A stretch of DNA of 45,042 bases from an uncultured Halobacteriovorax sp. (GTDB taxonomy: Bacteria > Bdellovibrionota > Bacteriovoracia > Bacteriovoracales > Bacteriovoracaceae). The notes below the pieces were generated by a model. The model had not been told where the DNA came from and did no database searches. It was given only the letters and a program-made list of their open reading frames with translations. Location of the stretch: the NCBI GenBank assembly GCA_964352175.1, contig CAYGQW010000001.1, positions 1 through 45,042 of the forward strand, in the 5' to 3' direction. Positions 9,053-18,886 of the stretch are shown in pieces (the stretch's first letter is position 1; every line of letters begins with the position of its first letter). A program made the translations under genes and the position numbers.

Positions 9053-10186
9053 CTAACGAGTTAATGGGCTCAGCTTAAAAATTGTACCAAGATCTGTACC
9101 TACTAATATATTACCTAATGAATCTAGCTCTATTGAACGAATACGCTCATCAAGTTCATTTAAATAACGCTCTTCTTTTACTGACTTATCATTTTTCATT
9201 TCAACTCTATTAAGATGAGTGAGGGCCAAGGCTCCAGAGAGGAAACTTCCTTTCCAAGCTGGAAATGCTGCACCTTCATAAATGATTAGCTCGCTCGGCG
9301 CAATTGAAGGGAGCCAGACGTGACGAGGATCTTCAGCAAAAGGAAGTGTCACATTATCAGAGACTCTTGGACCATAATATTCTCGTCCATAGGTGGCAAG
9401 AGGCCAGCCATAGTTTGCAGCCTTTATAACTAAGTTAATTTCATCTCCACCTTTTGGCCCATGCTCATTAACCCATAATTTTTTATTATTTTTATCAAAA
9501 AATAAGCCTTGTGGGTTTCGATGACCATAGCTCCATATTTCAGGTTTTGCTTTTTTATCATCTACAAAAGGATTATCTTTAGGAATTGATCCATCAAGAT
9601 TAAGTCGAATGATTTTTCCCATATGTGCAGATAGGTCCTGAGCGAGATTTCTAATATTTCTTTCACCAATGGAGACAAATAAATGTCCTTCTCCATCAAA
9701 TACAATTCTTGAACCAAAGTGATAGGGAGTATTCTGAACGGGCCTAGCTGCAAAAAGAATTCTTTGATTAGTTATCTTATCTTGCTCAAAAGTTGCACTA
9801 GCTAGCGTTGTGGCCGAACCACCTTTTTCAAGAGCGGAATATGTGTAAAAAATTTTCTTATCATTTTTAAAGGTTGGACTTAGCACAAGATCTAACAAAC
9901 CTGCTTGTCCATCTGCATAGACTTTTGGAGCTCCCGAGACATTTTTAAGATTTTTAGTCTTTGGATCAAATACTTTAAACTCTCCTTCCCTAAGTGCTAA
10001 TAAATAGCGTCCATCGGGGAGAATCACAAAACTCCAAATAACCCCACCTGCATCTTTAAGCACAGTCTCGACGTTCATTGGAACTTCAGTATTTTTAACT
10101 TCTTTGATGGGTACTTTAGGCGGCTCTGTCGAAGAACAAGCTGAAGTCATAACGAGAATAAGAAGGACGTATAAGTATATTTTCAT
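9053..10186 (-). CDS. PQQ-dependent (soluble) sugar/aldose dehydrogenase family beta-propeller lipoprotein
   Basis: 377 aa. Lipoprotein signal MKIYLYVLLILVMTSAC. Motifs typical of the YliI/sorbosone dehydrogenase family: AGLLDL, HFGSRIVF, GERN..NLAQDL, GKIIRLN.DGS.P.DNPF, SYGHRNPQGL, EHGP.GGDE.N. Confidence 0.8.
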   Translation of the reverse strand: MKIYLYVLLILVMTSACSSTEPPKVPIKEVKNTEVPMNVETVLKDAGGVIWSFVILPDGRYLLALREGEFKVFDPKTKNLKNVSGAPKVYADGQAGLLDLVLSPTFKNDKKIFYTYSALEKGGSATTLASATFEQDKITNQRILFAARPVQNTPYHFGSRIVFDGEGHLFVSIGERNIRNLAQDLSAHMGKIIRLNLDGSIPKDNPFVDDKKAKPEIWSYGHRNPQGLFFDKNNKKLWVNEHGPKGGDEINLVIKAANYGWPLATYGREYYGPRVSDNVTLPFAEDPRHVWLPSIAPSELIIYEGAAFPAWKGSFLSGALALTHLNRVEMKNDKSVKEERYLNELDERIRSIELDSLGNILVGTDLGTIFKLSPLTR

Positions 10187-10209
10187 ACGTCCACCATAAC
10201 AAATTTATA

Positions 10210-11790
10210 TTAAATTGCGATAGATTTTGTGTGCATCTTATTTGCCCGACCAGAAGGATCAGCATTATAATCCTGCCACTTTGGAATCCATCGACTAACA
10301 TTTTTAACCATTCCAGCATGACCAAAATGATCCTCAAAGATACCTCTAAACAAGAAGGCCTCTTTAGTCATTGGAGTATTATGCGGATATAAATCTGCTG
10401 CCTTAGAAAAAATTTCATCATCAACCGTACGCTCACCTAGATCTTTTAACAGATCAATCCATGAATAACCTACACCGTCAGAGAATTGTTCTTTTTGACG
10501 CCATAAAACTTCTTCTGGTAACCACTCCCCTTCTATAAAGGCCTGGCGAAGAACGTCTTTTTCCATACGTTTACCAGGAATAATAATTTTATGTTCTGGA
10601 GAAACACCCATTGCTGTTTTTAGAAACTCTGGGTCTAAAAATGGAACTCGTGCCTCAACTGCTGCGCCCATCGTTGAGCGATCTGCGCGTAAAACATCTG
10701 AAGTATGAAGTCTCTTAACTCGACTCACACATTCTTGATGAAATTCAGTACTTGATGGCGCATGAGCAAAATAAAGATATCCTCCAAAAATTTCATCAGC
10801 TCCCTCACCTGATAGAACCACTTTAACACCACTCTTAGCAATCACTTTGGACATTAAATACATTGGAGTTGAGGCTCGAATGGTGGTGATATCATATGTT
10901 TCAGTTAACCAAATCATGTGTTCAATAGCTTTGATTCCATCTTCAATTGTTAGCACCACTTCGGTGTGATCACTGTCAATATGTTTGGCCACTTCTCTGG
11001 CGCGAATGAGATCGGGTGATTCTTTATCAAACCCAACGCTAAAAGTTTTTAAGCGTTTGCCTCGAGACCTTAGAAGTCTAGCTGCTATTGAGCTAACCAA
11101 GCTTGAATCAAGTCCCCCTGATAAAAGTGCTCCGACTGGTACGTCGCCCATAAGTCTTTTTTCTACAGATTTTATTAATGAATCACGAAGAAGAGTTCCG
11201 TCATGAGAAGGAATAATTGAATCATCGAACCAAGTAGGTTTATACCAACGCTCAAAACCTCGCTCCATGGTAAAAGTATGACCAGGTGGGAACTCTTCGA
11301 TTGTTTCACAATGCTCAAAAAGTGCTTTTTGTTCAGATCCAAACCAGAGACCGCCAGTTGCATCACGACCAACGTATAGAGGCTTTATACCGATAGCATC
11401 TCGAGCAGCAAAAATTCGACCTTGATCGGCAATTACAAAAGCGAAGTCGCCATCGATATGATCGATAACTTTCTCACCCCAAGCTTCATAGCCACGAAGA
11501 ATCGCTTCTGAATCTGATTTAGTCGTAAAGACATCACCGAGTTGGCCTCTAAGTTTTTGATGATTCCAGATTTCACCATTATGAACTAGTGCTATTTTTG
11601 AACTACCAACGATCGGTTGCTTTCCAGTGTGAAGATCAACAATGGCCAAGCGCTGGTGAACCATAACAATGCCCTCCGCGGTTACATGATGAGCTTTCTC
11701 ATCAGGTCCTCGATGGGCCAAATGCTCTGCACTTTGAAGAATTTGTTCTTGTTCAACTTTGCTACCAACTACGACTACGAATCCACACAT
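10210..11790 (-). CDS. asnB: asparagine synthase (glutamine-hydrolysing)
   Basis: The ORF track starts at GTG 11802. However, ATG 11790 gives the obligatory N-terminal MCG (Cys2 nucleophile of class II amidotransferases) and is preceded by GGAGG (complement of 11796-11800). The PP-loop SGGLDSS is present and the C-terminal domain is typical of AsnB. Confidence 0.9.
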   Translation of the reverse strand: MCGFVVVVGSKVEQEQILQSAEHLAHRGPDEKAHHVTAEGIVMVHQRLAIVDLHTGKQPIVGSSKIALVHNGEIWNHQKLRGQLGDVFTTKSDSEAILRGYEAWGEKVIDHIDGDFAFVIADQGRIFAARDAIGIKPLYVGRDATGGLWFGSEQKALFEHCETIEEFPPGHTFTMERGFERWYKPTWFDDSIIPSHDGTLLRDSLIKSVEKRLMGDVPVGALLSGGLDSSLVSSIAARLLRSRGKRLKTFSVGFDKESPDLIRAREVAKHIDSDHTEVVLTIEDGIKAIEHMIWLTETYDITTIRASTPMYLMSKVIAKSGVKVVLSGEGADEIFGGYLYFAHAPSSTEFHQECVSRVKRLHTSDVLRADRSTMGAAVEARVPFLDPEFLKTAMGVSPEHKIIIPGKRMEKDVLRQAFIEGEWLPEEVLWRQKEQFSDGVGYSWIDLLKDLGERTVDDEIFSKAADLYPHNTPMTKEAFLFRGIFEDHFGHAGMVKNVSRWIPKWQDYNADPSGRANKMHTKSIAI

Positions 11791-11969
11791 AAAGACCTCC
11801 ACTGATGTCTATTATTCAATATAATCGACATTTATTGAAGATAATTTAATTAAAAATGATTTATTTGTTATATTGACAATAAAAACATGAAAAATTGATG
11901 ATATTGCATAATTCAAACCAAACCTATATGGACTACTGAAGAATCTTCAATCACAATAGGAATAAATTG

Positions 11970-12599
11970 ATGATCAAAAGGCTGTTATTTATGTCACTCG
12001 ATGAAAATAAGAAGTTCTGGGAACAAGCATGGGCAGATGGACGAACAAGATTTCACCGCCAAGAAGCTAACGATAATCTTATAAAGTATGCCAGCTCGGT
12101 TTTTGATCCGAGTGATCGTATCCTTGTGCCCTTATGTGGAAAAAGCATTGATTTGATATGGCTGGCAAAGCAGGGCCATGGTGTCGTTGGCGTCGAGTTA
12201 GCAAAGCAAGCGATTGACGAATTCATCACTGAAAATAAAATTCATGGAAAATGGGAAGATAACCGCTTTCAAACTAATGTCAGTAGACTCAGCATTTATC
12301 ATCAAGACTTTTTTCATCACGACAGTAAATATGAGGCGATCTATGACAGAGCATGTTTAGTTGCTCTAGGACCAGAGCTTAGAGCAAGAATGGCGCAAAA
12401 ATATACAGACCTATTAATTCCAAATGGCAAAATATTACTTGTAACACTCGTTCATGATTCTCAAGAAGGTCCACCCTACTCTATTAGCGACCAGGAAGTT
12501 CAAAAGCTTTTTGGTGATAACTTTAAGATAGAGTTTTTAGAAAGAGGCCCCCCGCTTGAAAGAACAGTTGAGGTTAGAAAGTTGACTAAAATTAGTTAA
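11970..12599 (+). CDS. thiopurine S-methyltransferase family protein
   Basis: TPMT-like motifs FWEQAW..G.T.FH and VPLCGKS.DL.WLA.QGH.VVGVEL...AI..F. The track start is TTG 11967. I prefer ATG 11970, which lies 8 nt after AGGA; ATG 11991 is also possible. Confidence 0.75.
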   Translation: MIKRLLFMSLDENKKFWEQAWADGRTRFHRQEANDNLIKYASSVFDPSDRILVPLCGKSIDLIWLAKQGHGVVGVELAKQAIDEFITENKIHGKWEDNRFQTNVSRLSIYHQDFFHHDSKYEAIYDRACLVALGPELRARMAQKYTDLLIPNGKILLVTLVHDSQEGPPYSISDQEVQKLFGDNFKIEFLERGPPLERTVEVRKLTKIS

Positions 12600-13485
12600 G
12601 TAAGCGCTCTGTCTCGGCTGCTACAAAGTTAATCTCCTCTCGGTCACAATTAGTTTGACCAACGACAGTCAGACGGTGAAGTCCTATATTTTTAGAGCCT
12701 TTACTCGTTGCTTTAAGAGAAGTTATTTCGATTAAGTCATCATTTCTTGAGGCGACTCTATCGGGAAGGACAGCAGCAATAGCACCACCACTCGCAGCCG
12801 CTCTAAGACTTTCAAAACTGTCACTAAGAATCATGGGTCGATCGATACTCACTTGTTTTAAGAATTTAGAAAAATATCGTGGCAAGCCATCACGACCTGG
12901 CTCAAGTGATCCATAGCCAATTTTATCTAATAGCTTTTTAGAAGGTGTAAGATTTTTAGAAATATAAAGACCTAGGCGATCTTCAGCAACGTCAATAGTA
13001 TAAAAACGATCAACATTATCATTTTCAGTAATCAAGGCCGAACAAAGCTCACCCTTCCTCAGCATAGTTAATAGGCTTGCCGTGCGAGAAATTTTCAAAC
13101 CAAGCCTAAGGTTTGGAATTTTCTTTTCAAAAGCACTAATAAGACCAGGTAAGATATTTATAGCGATACTTTCGTAAGTACCAAAATTTATCCAACTTAA
13201 TTCAGGCACTGGCGCACCATTAATATCTTTAAGTTTTTCAAAAGCTTCAAAGGCGGGCTTAACAATCTTTAAAATAGCAATAGCATCAGGAGTAGGAAGC
13301 ACACTACCCTTTTCACGTATTAATAAAGGTCGTCCAAAAGACTGCTCCAAAGAGGTTAGAGTCTGTGAAATAGCACTTGGTGTCACTTTTGCTTGTAAGG
13401 CAGCATGCTTTAAGCTTTTATGAGCTAAAACAAGGTCTAAAATCCATAATTTCTTAATCTGATCAACGTTTAAATCTCTCGACAT
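12592..13485 (-). CDS. LysR-family transcriptional regulator
   Basis: 297 aa. N-terminal wHTH (AALQAKVTPSAISQTLTSLEQSFGRPLLIREKG) followed by a LysR substrate-binding-type domain. Divergent from the YHS/cytochrome operon. Confidence 0.85.
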   Translation of the reverse strand: MSRDLNVDQIKKLWILDLVLAHKSLKHAALQAKVTPSAISQTLTSLEQSFGRPLLIREKGSVLPTPDAIAILKIVKPAFEAFEKLKDINGAPVPELSWINFGTYESIAINILPGLISAFEKKIPNLRLGLKISRTASLLTMLRKGELCSALITENDNVDRFYTIDVAEDRLGLYISKNLTPSKKLLDKIGYGSLEPGRDGLPRYFSKFLKQVSIDRPMILSDSFESLRAAASGGAIAAVLPDRVASRNDDLIEITSLKATSKGSKNIGLHRLTVVGQTNCDREEINFVAAETERLLN

Positions 13486-13595
13486 AAGTCCTCCTGAATA
13501 ATTAGTAAAACTAAACCCTCAATTAAGCAACACTAATCGTTACATAAGAAGGATTTACCTTTAAAAATTAACTAACGAAAACTGGAGGAAGAAAA

Positions 13596-14087
13596 ATGCA
13601 ATTAAGATGGAACAAAGTATTGAAAACAAGCTTATTGATGGCAATCCTTGGGATGATGACTTTAGCCGCTAAGGCTGATGATTTTAGAAATATAGAGCAA
13701 TACAACCTAGAAAACACTGTCTCTCTTAAGGGATATGACCCTGTATCATATTTTCCTGAAGGTGGATCAAACCCACAGATGGGAAATGCAGAATTTTCAC
13801 TTGAGTATAAAGGAGTCACTTATCTTTTTACCTCTCAAAGTAATCAAGATCAATTCCTAAGCGATCCATCAAAATATGAGCCAACCTATGGGTCATGGTG
13901 TGCATACGCAATGGCGTCTGGATCAAAAGTAGATATTCAACCACATTTATTCACCGTAAGTGGCAACAGACTTCATCTCTTTGTGGCCTCAAGAGCAAAG
14001 AGAAACTTTGATCGTGCAATTGAAGATCACGAACAAAGAGCTGATAGGTTTTGGAAACAAATTTCTGGCGAAGACCCAAGACTTTAA
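13596..14087 (+). CDS. secreted YHS-domain protein
   Basis: 163 aa. GGAGG RBS and signal peptide (LLMAILGMMTLAAKA). YHS-type motif LKGYDPVSYF...G...F...YKGVTYLF.S..N...F..DP.KY.P.YG.WCA. Confidence 0.7.
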   Translation: MQLRWNKVLKTSLLMAILGMMTLAAKADDFRNIEQYNLENTVSLKGYDPVSYFPEGGSNPQMGNAEFSLEYKGVTYLFTSQSNQDQFLSDPSKYEPTYGSWCAYAMASGSKVDIQPHLFTVSGNRLHLFVASRAKRNFDRAIEDHEQRADRFWKQISGEDPRL

Positions 14088-14110
14088 CAATTATTGCCAC
14101 GGGGGGAAAA

Positions 14111-14755
14111 ATGAAAATATTAGCAATACTATTTATTCTTACTTCCTGTGGTAATTATTCTGAAACAAAAGGTGTCCTTGAAGATTCATTTAGCAGAAAT
14201 TTAGATGCACCCATTGATTTTGAAACTATTAATGAAGCAATCATTCAACCTCATTGTATAAGTTGTCACCAACAGTATTCAACTTATGATGGAGTTAAAA
14301 ATGAAGCAAATAGTATCCTCAATGCAGTGACAACAAATAGGATGCCTAAAAATACTGCCCCTTTAAGTAATTCGAAAAAAGAACTACTGGCCGCATGGGT
14401 GGCAGCTGGTACACCTCTTGGAACAGATGCTCCGCCGCCAGTTAATCAAAAATTAGAAGCAACATGGGTATCACTTTCGAGCAAAGTATTTTTTCCCAAA
14501 TGTCTAGTTTGTCATAACCCTCAAGGTCAGGCGAAGTTTTTAGATCTTTCAAGTAGACAAGCTTTTTTTGAGCAAAGAGATCGCGATTTCGGCGGAGAAA
14601 AACTACTTAATTTTGAGCAACCTGAAGAGAGTTACCTGATCAGTGTCATTAACGACCCCTTTGAGCCAATGCCACCAATTTGGTCAAACATTGAACAGTT
14701 AAAGCCAGAGGAAGTTGAAGTTATCATTGAATGGATTGAGAAAGGTTTACCTTAG
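14111..14755 (+). CDS. di-heme c-type cytochrome lipoprotein (PSCyt-like domains)
   Basis: The track ORF starts at 14051 inside the YHS gene. ATG 14111 follows GGGGGG and gives MKILAILFILTSCGN (lipobox). Two CXXCH motifs (CISCH, CLVCH) are each followed roughly 30-60 residues later by an MP dipeptide, as in planctomycete-type cytochrome c domains. Confidence 0.7.
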   Translation: MKILAILFILTSCGNYSETKGVLEDSFSRNLDAPIDFETINEAIIQPHCISCHQQYSTYDGVKNEANSILNAVTTNRMPKNTAPLSNSKKELLAAWVAAGTPLGTDAPPPVNQKLEATWVSLSSKVFFPKCLVCHNPQGQAKFLDLSSRQAFFEQRDRDFGGEKLLNFEQPEESYLISVINDPFEPMPPIWSNIEQLKPEEVEVIIEWIEKGLP

Positions 14756-14763
14756 GAGACAAT

Positions 14764-15276
14764 ATGAAAAAACTATTAATTATCTTATTATTTATAACAA
14801 GTACTCAAGCAGAGGTTTTAAAACTCTCCCAAGGACAAGTTGAATTTAAAGCAAAAGGAAAGCCTGCTCTGATCAGCATAGACGGAAAGTCAAACCTTCT
14901 CAGAGGGACACTGACCGGAGAAGACAATCTTTTCGATGGCGACTTTGATCTTGAACTTACCAGCTTAGATACTGGTATCGAATTAAGAGATGATCATCTT
15001 AAAAACAAATACCTTGAAGTCGAAAAATTTCCAAATGCCAAGCTCACTTTTACGAAAACAAGAATAGAAAAAAATAAAGAAGTAGATTTTGAAGCAAAAC
15101 TCAATCTTCATGGTCAAGAAAAAATGGTGCAAGGTACTGCCATGCTAAATGATGATAATAGGCTAGAAGCTGAGTTTAAGATTAATCTTTCTGACTTTGG
15201 GATTGATATACCGAGCTTTAAAGGTATTACCGTGGCCAAAGAAGTAAAAATTAAAGTTAACGGAAAAGTTGAATAG
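14764..15276 (+). CDS. YceI-family periplasmic (polyisoprenoid-binding-like) protein
   Basis: 170 aa with a signal peptide. YceI signature region SLDTGIELRDDHLKNKYLEVEKFPNAKLTF. Confidence 0.8.
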   Translation: MKKLLIILLFITSTQAEVLKLSQGQVEFKAKGKPALISIDGKSNLLRGTLTGEDNLFDGDFDLELTSLDTGIELRDDHLKNKYLEVEKFPNAKLTFTKTRIEKNKEVDFEAKLNLHGQEKMVQGTAMLNDDNRLEAEFKINLSDFGIDIPSFKGITVAKEVKIKVNGKVE

Positions 15277-15284
15277 GTATATTT

Positions 15285-16379
15285 ATGAAAGCTTTTTTGC
15301 TTTTATTTTTTATAGTTCCAAGTATTTCATTAGCTTATATTGAAAATGTAACTCATGGTTACGTGAACTGTATGGCATGTCATGTCTCGCAAAGCGGTGG
15401 CGGTGTACTTACAGACTATGGAAGATCATTATCAAAAGAGTTAATGAGTACTTGGGCCGGATGGGATGGAATGGAGAGACCACTTCTTGGAGCTGTCTCA
15501 AATACAGAGAATGTCAAAATTGGTGGAAATTTCAGAACCATTCAAACTCACCTTAAAAACGATAATATAAGCCAAGGGCGTAAGTTTGTTATGCAGCAGA
15601 ATATTGAAGTTGCGACGAAGTATATGGACCTATGGATCGTTGCAACAGCTGGTGTGCAAGGCGGTCCTAGTCAGACTCCAACAAAGAATGATTTTTTATC
15701 AGAGAGACATTATATCTCTTGGGATGTAACTGATGAAATCAAGTTACGTGGTGGTAAGTTTAGAAGAAATTACGGCCTCAATGATCCGACACATACTAGA
15801 CTTACAAAGTCGCCATTAGGGTTTGGTTCAAATAGTGAATCTTACCAGTTAGAGTTTTCGAAATTCAGTGATACAGATGAGATCTTTATAGCGACAGACT
15901 TTGGCGATATTAATGATCCAAAAGCGACGGTAAATGAAAAATCATTTCTAATTAATTATGCTCGATATATCGGTGGAAAATCTAAACTAGGCGTTAACTA
16001 TCTTTATGGAGAAACAGGTGCAAATAGAAGAAACCTTTTTGGTATCTACTCTATCCAAAAGATTCCCAACGACTTTTATCTTAAGGGAGAAATAGACTAT
16101 CAACAAAATTTCTCTGGTGAGACAAAAACTAATTTATTAGCCTCGACATTTACGTTTGGATACCAGGGTATAAAAGGATTACTACCATATTTTGTCACAG
16201 AGTTTTTGCAAAGAGACTTAAAACAGCATAGTTCCAGAACCGACTTAGCCGGGATAGGCTTTCAATGGTTTCCACTAGCACACTTTGAATTTCAAGTTGA
16301 GTATCATAAAAGAACTGACAGAAACCCAAGAAAGACTAAAAGCGACATCTCTTGGCTTATGTTTCATTTTTACCTGTGA
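15285..16379 (+). CDS. putative outer-membrane beta-barrel protein with an N-terminal CXXCH motif
   Basis: 364 aa with a signal peptide. The mature N-terminus is YIENVTHGYVNCMACHVSQSGGG. The rest shows alternating-hydrophobic, Gly/Tyr/Asn-rich segments and an aromatic-rich C-terminus (WLMFHFYL) typical of barrels. The barrel assignment is inference only. Confidence 0.5.
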   Translation: MKAFLLLFFIVPSISLAYIENVTHGYVNCMACHVSQSGGGVLTDYGRSLSKELMSTWAGWDGMERPLLGAVSNTENVKIGGNFRTIQTHLKNDNISQGRKFVMQQNIEVATKYMDLWIVATAGVQGGPSQTPTKNDFLSERHYISWDVTDEIKLRGGKFRRNYGLNDPTHTRLTKSPLGFGSNSESYQLEFSKFSDTDEIFIATDFGDINDPKATVNEKSFLINYARYIGGKSKLGVNYLYGETGANRRNLFGIYSIQKIPNDFYLKGEIDYQQNFSGETKTNLLASTFTFGYQGIKGLLPYFVTEFLQRDLKQHSSRTDLAGIGFQWFPLAHFEFQVEYHKRTDRNPRKTKSDISWLMFHFYL

Positions 16380-16385
16380 GCTAGG

Positions 16386-17006
16386 ATGAATATACAATTA
16401 GAAAAAAGTATCAACTTTTATAACGAAATGGCGACAAGAAGATCAATTAGAGAGTTCTCTAATCAGTCGGTTGATTCATCAATTCTTATTAATGCAATTA
16501 AAACAGCTGCTACTGCGCCAAGTGGTGCCAACAAGCAGCCTTGGCATTTTGCTTTAATACAACAAACAGATATAAAAGAAAAAATCAGAACAGAAGCAGA
16601 ATCAATTGAAGAGGATTTTTATAAACGTAGAGCACCTAAGCAATGGCTAGAAGACCTAAAACCTTTCAACACAAACTCAAGTAAAGCATATCTAACCGAG
16701 GCAAGCTCATTAATCGTTGTGTTCTCCCGCACCCATTCTGAAGACGAGCTAGGATTATTACAAAAAACATATTACCCACTTGAATCAACGGGTATTGCAG
16801 TTGGTCTACTACTGGCCTCACTTCATCAGTCTGGACTAGCAACTCTAACTCACACACCTAAACCGATGGGCTTTTTAAATCAATTATTAGATTTTGATAA
16901 GACATACAAACCTTATATGATCATTGTGACGGGTCATCCTAAGTTACCCTTAAATTTACCCAATATTACGAAAAAGACTACTGATCAAATTCTAACTATC
17001 TTTTAA
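16386..17006 (+). CDS. nitroreductase-family flavoprotein
   Basis: 206 aa. Has RRSIREFS and APSGANKQPWHF, characteristic of the NADH oxidase/flavin reductase (nitroreductase) fold. Confidence 0.8.
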   Translation: MNIQLEKSINFYNEMATRRSIREFSNQSVDSSILINAIKTAATAPSGANKQPWHFALIQQTDIKEKIRTEAESIEEDFYKRRAPKQWLEDLKPFNTNSSKAYLTEASSLIVVFSRTHSEDELGLLQKTYYPLESTGIAVGLLLASLHQSGLATLTHTPKPMGFLNQLLDFDKTYKPYMIIVTGHPKLPLNLPNITKKTTDQILTIF

Positions 17007-18224
17007 ATAGTTTTGATATAATTTGAAGTACAGCTTCTTGTAATCATCGTCCTTTAGTATTGAAGACCAATTTTTTCTGAAGTTCACAAAACTTTCAAAG
17101 TCAGCACTAAAACCATTAAATTTTGAGTGATTCATATTAAAAATCGATTCCAATAAATTAGCAACCGCCTTGATCCCAAATTTCTCAATACCTATTTGTC
17201 TCGTATCGACTTCCTTTTCCAGAGAGAGAAACATTAGCTGAGCGAATTCTTTAATGGAAAAGGTTGGGCCAAACTTATCAAATTTTACATTGCATCCATC
17301 AGCAATGCCCTCTTTAGTTAAGTCTAAAAAACCTCCCCAATTTGTTAAGACACAAGGAATATTTTTTAAGACCGCCTCTCTTGGTGCAAGTCCATAATCT
17401 TCATCATGAAAAGTACTAGTACTTACAAAGCAATCCGTCTCATCTAGAACTTTATTAACTGAGGAGTAAGGTACAGCAGGATGAAACTCAATAAGCTCAA
17501 CATACCTAGAAGGAACCTTTGATAACTCTAATTCTAAATATTTATTAAAGTCTTTATCGGGAAATTGTATTTGCCTAACGGGACACCAAATATGATCTAC
17601 ATCCCCATATATTTTCAGTTTCACATCTTTATTCGTCATTTCTTTTAATAAGCAAAAAGCTGTGACTAATTGTGGAATATTTTTAGCGAAAGAGAGTCGG
17701 CCGATATAAGTGAACTGAAATATATCACTTTTAGATGTTATTCTTTTGTTGGCAAAGATTTCATCTTGAAGTGGAAAAGGAGATTTAAAAACAATCTCTT
17801 TGTTTTTAACATAGCCTTTTAATAATTTAACCTGAGCATCAGAAGCACATAAAAATGCTGTCTTTAAGTTTTCGAGGTAATGACCTAACTCAAACCACTT
17901 AATGGCATCTAAATGAAATATGCCATAGATATAAAAAATAAAGGTACATGAGTTTGAAATTTTTTCGGCTTGTAGCTTTTTTATCAGATTAATAGGAACC
18001 GGTCTATGATCAGCAAAGAAAACAATCTCAGGATGTAGTGTTCGACATATGGAGACTATACTGTCTTCTTGTGCATCAATTGAATTATGATCTAAAAAAG
18101 CCTCTTGAAATCTATAGTTACCCTGCAAGTACGCTAGACTGGCTTTAATACCATCTACAATCACCTTTCGACTCATCCAGTCATCATCGTTAATTGAAGA
18201 TATCACTATTACTGTTTTTGTCAT
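16992..18224 (-). CDS. GT-B fold glycosyltransferase (GT4-like)
   Basis: 410 aa. The C-terminal half contains the EX7E-type region HDEDYGLAPREAVLKNIPCVLTNWGGF. This is the first gene of the AT-rich island and converges on the nitroreductase gene with a 15-nt overlap. Confidence 0.65.
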   Translation of the reverse strand: MTKTVIVISSINDDDWMSRKVIVDGIKASLAYLQGNYRFQEAFLDHNSIDAQEDSIVSICRTLHPEIVFFADHRPVPINLIKKLQAEKISNSCTFIFYIYGIFHLDAIKWFELGHYLENLKTAFLCASDAQVKLLKGYVKNKEIVFKSPFPLQDEIFANKRITSKSDIFQFTYIGRLSFAKNIPQLVTAFCLLKEMTNKDVKLKIYGDVDHIWCPVRQIQFPDKDFNKYLELELSKVPSRYVELIEFHPAVPYSSVNKVLDETDCFVSTSTFHDEDYGLAPREAVLKNIPCVLTNWGGFLDLTKEGIADGCNVKFDKFGPTFSIKEFAQLMFLSLEKEVDTRQIGIEKFGIKAVANLLESIFNMNHSKFNGFSADFESFVNFRKNWSSILKDDDYKKLYFKLYQNYLKDS

Positions 18225-18286
18225 TAACTAATAATTTATCATATATAATCTACTGAATATATCTCTATCTCGAAATAGGTTTTTAG

Positions 18287-18886
18287 ATGAAACTTTATAC
18301 TGATCTAAAAAATAAAAATGAATACTTAGATTGCCAAATTAAGTTAAGGAATCACAAACACTTAATTGTTAAGGACTTTTTCAAGCATGAAGTTTTGAAT
18401 TATGTACTTCAAATTATGGGGAACAATGAAGTTTACTTTAGAGATAAGGGTCGTTCATACATCGGAAATGACGAAACATTTGATTTCTTCCACTTCAAAT
18501 CTAAGATGAATGTATTAATCAATGAAGCAGCTTTTATCAATCAAATTAGAAAAATAACTGGTGACGAAAGTATAATAGAAGCAAGAGCAAGGTACTACAG
18601 GCTCATCGGAGAAAAAAAACATTTTCTTGATTGGCATAACGATGACGGCGAGCCAAATAGAGTTTTTTCATGCCGTATAGAACTTTCAAAGAATGAATAT
18701 ACTGGTGGTGAATTTGAAATCAGGGAGAAAGAGAACCAAAAAGTGTATTGCTCTATAGGAGCCCTTGATTTTGGTAGTGCCCTTTTCTTTCCTATTGATT
18801 ATGTAAACTTAGAGCATCAAGTCAAACCCGTGACCAGCGGAGAGCGGTACTCAATCCTTCTTTGGTTTTATTGTAAAAACAAATAG
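18287..18886 (+). CDS. 2-oxoglutarate/Fe(II)-dependent oxygenase (prolyl-hydroxylase-like), paralog A
   Basis: 199 aa. HxD...H facial triad candidates WHNDDG and LEHQV, plus the 2OG-binding Arg context SGERYSILLWF. Colinear with paralog B at 25325-25924. Confidence 0.7.
   Translation: MKLYTDLKNKNEYLDCQIKLRNHKHLIVKDFFKHEVLNYVLQIMGNNEVYFRDKGRSYIGNDETFDFFHFKSKMNVLINEAAFINQIRKITGDESIIEARARYYRLIGEKKHFLDWHNDDGEPNRVFSCRIELSKNEYTGGEFEIREKENQKVYCSIGALDFGSALFFPIDYVNLEHQVKPVTSGERYSILLWFYCKNK

Noticed and set aside
10210-11790. Asparagine synthase as a possible lasso-peptide cyclase partner for the PqqD-like RRE.
   Set aside because: It has the full housekeeping AsnB architecture (N-terminal Cys2 glutaminase domain, SGGLDS PP-loop, ~526 aa). 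It lies more than 10 kb from the RRE in normal-GC DNA, and no transglutaminase-type leader protease is present.
13486-13595. ATTAGT ... ACTAAT inverted repeat in the LysR/YHS divergent intergenic region; considered as a LysR T-N11-A box.
   Set aside because: The arms are 6 nt long and about 25 nt apart, not the canonical spacing. In AT-rich DNA this is easily a chance match.
13568-13819. 83-aa minus-strand ORF, and the 14051 start of the cytochrome ORF, both overlapping the YHS-domain gene.
   Set aside because: The YHS gene has a GGAGG RBS, a signal peptide and family motifs. The cytochrome gene has a better internal start (ATG 14111 after GGGGGG, giving a lipobox). The overlapping extensions are unsupported.
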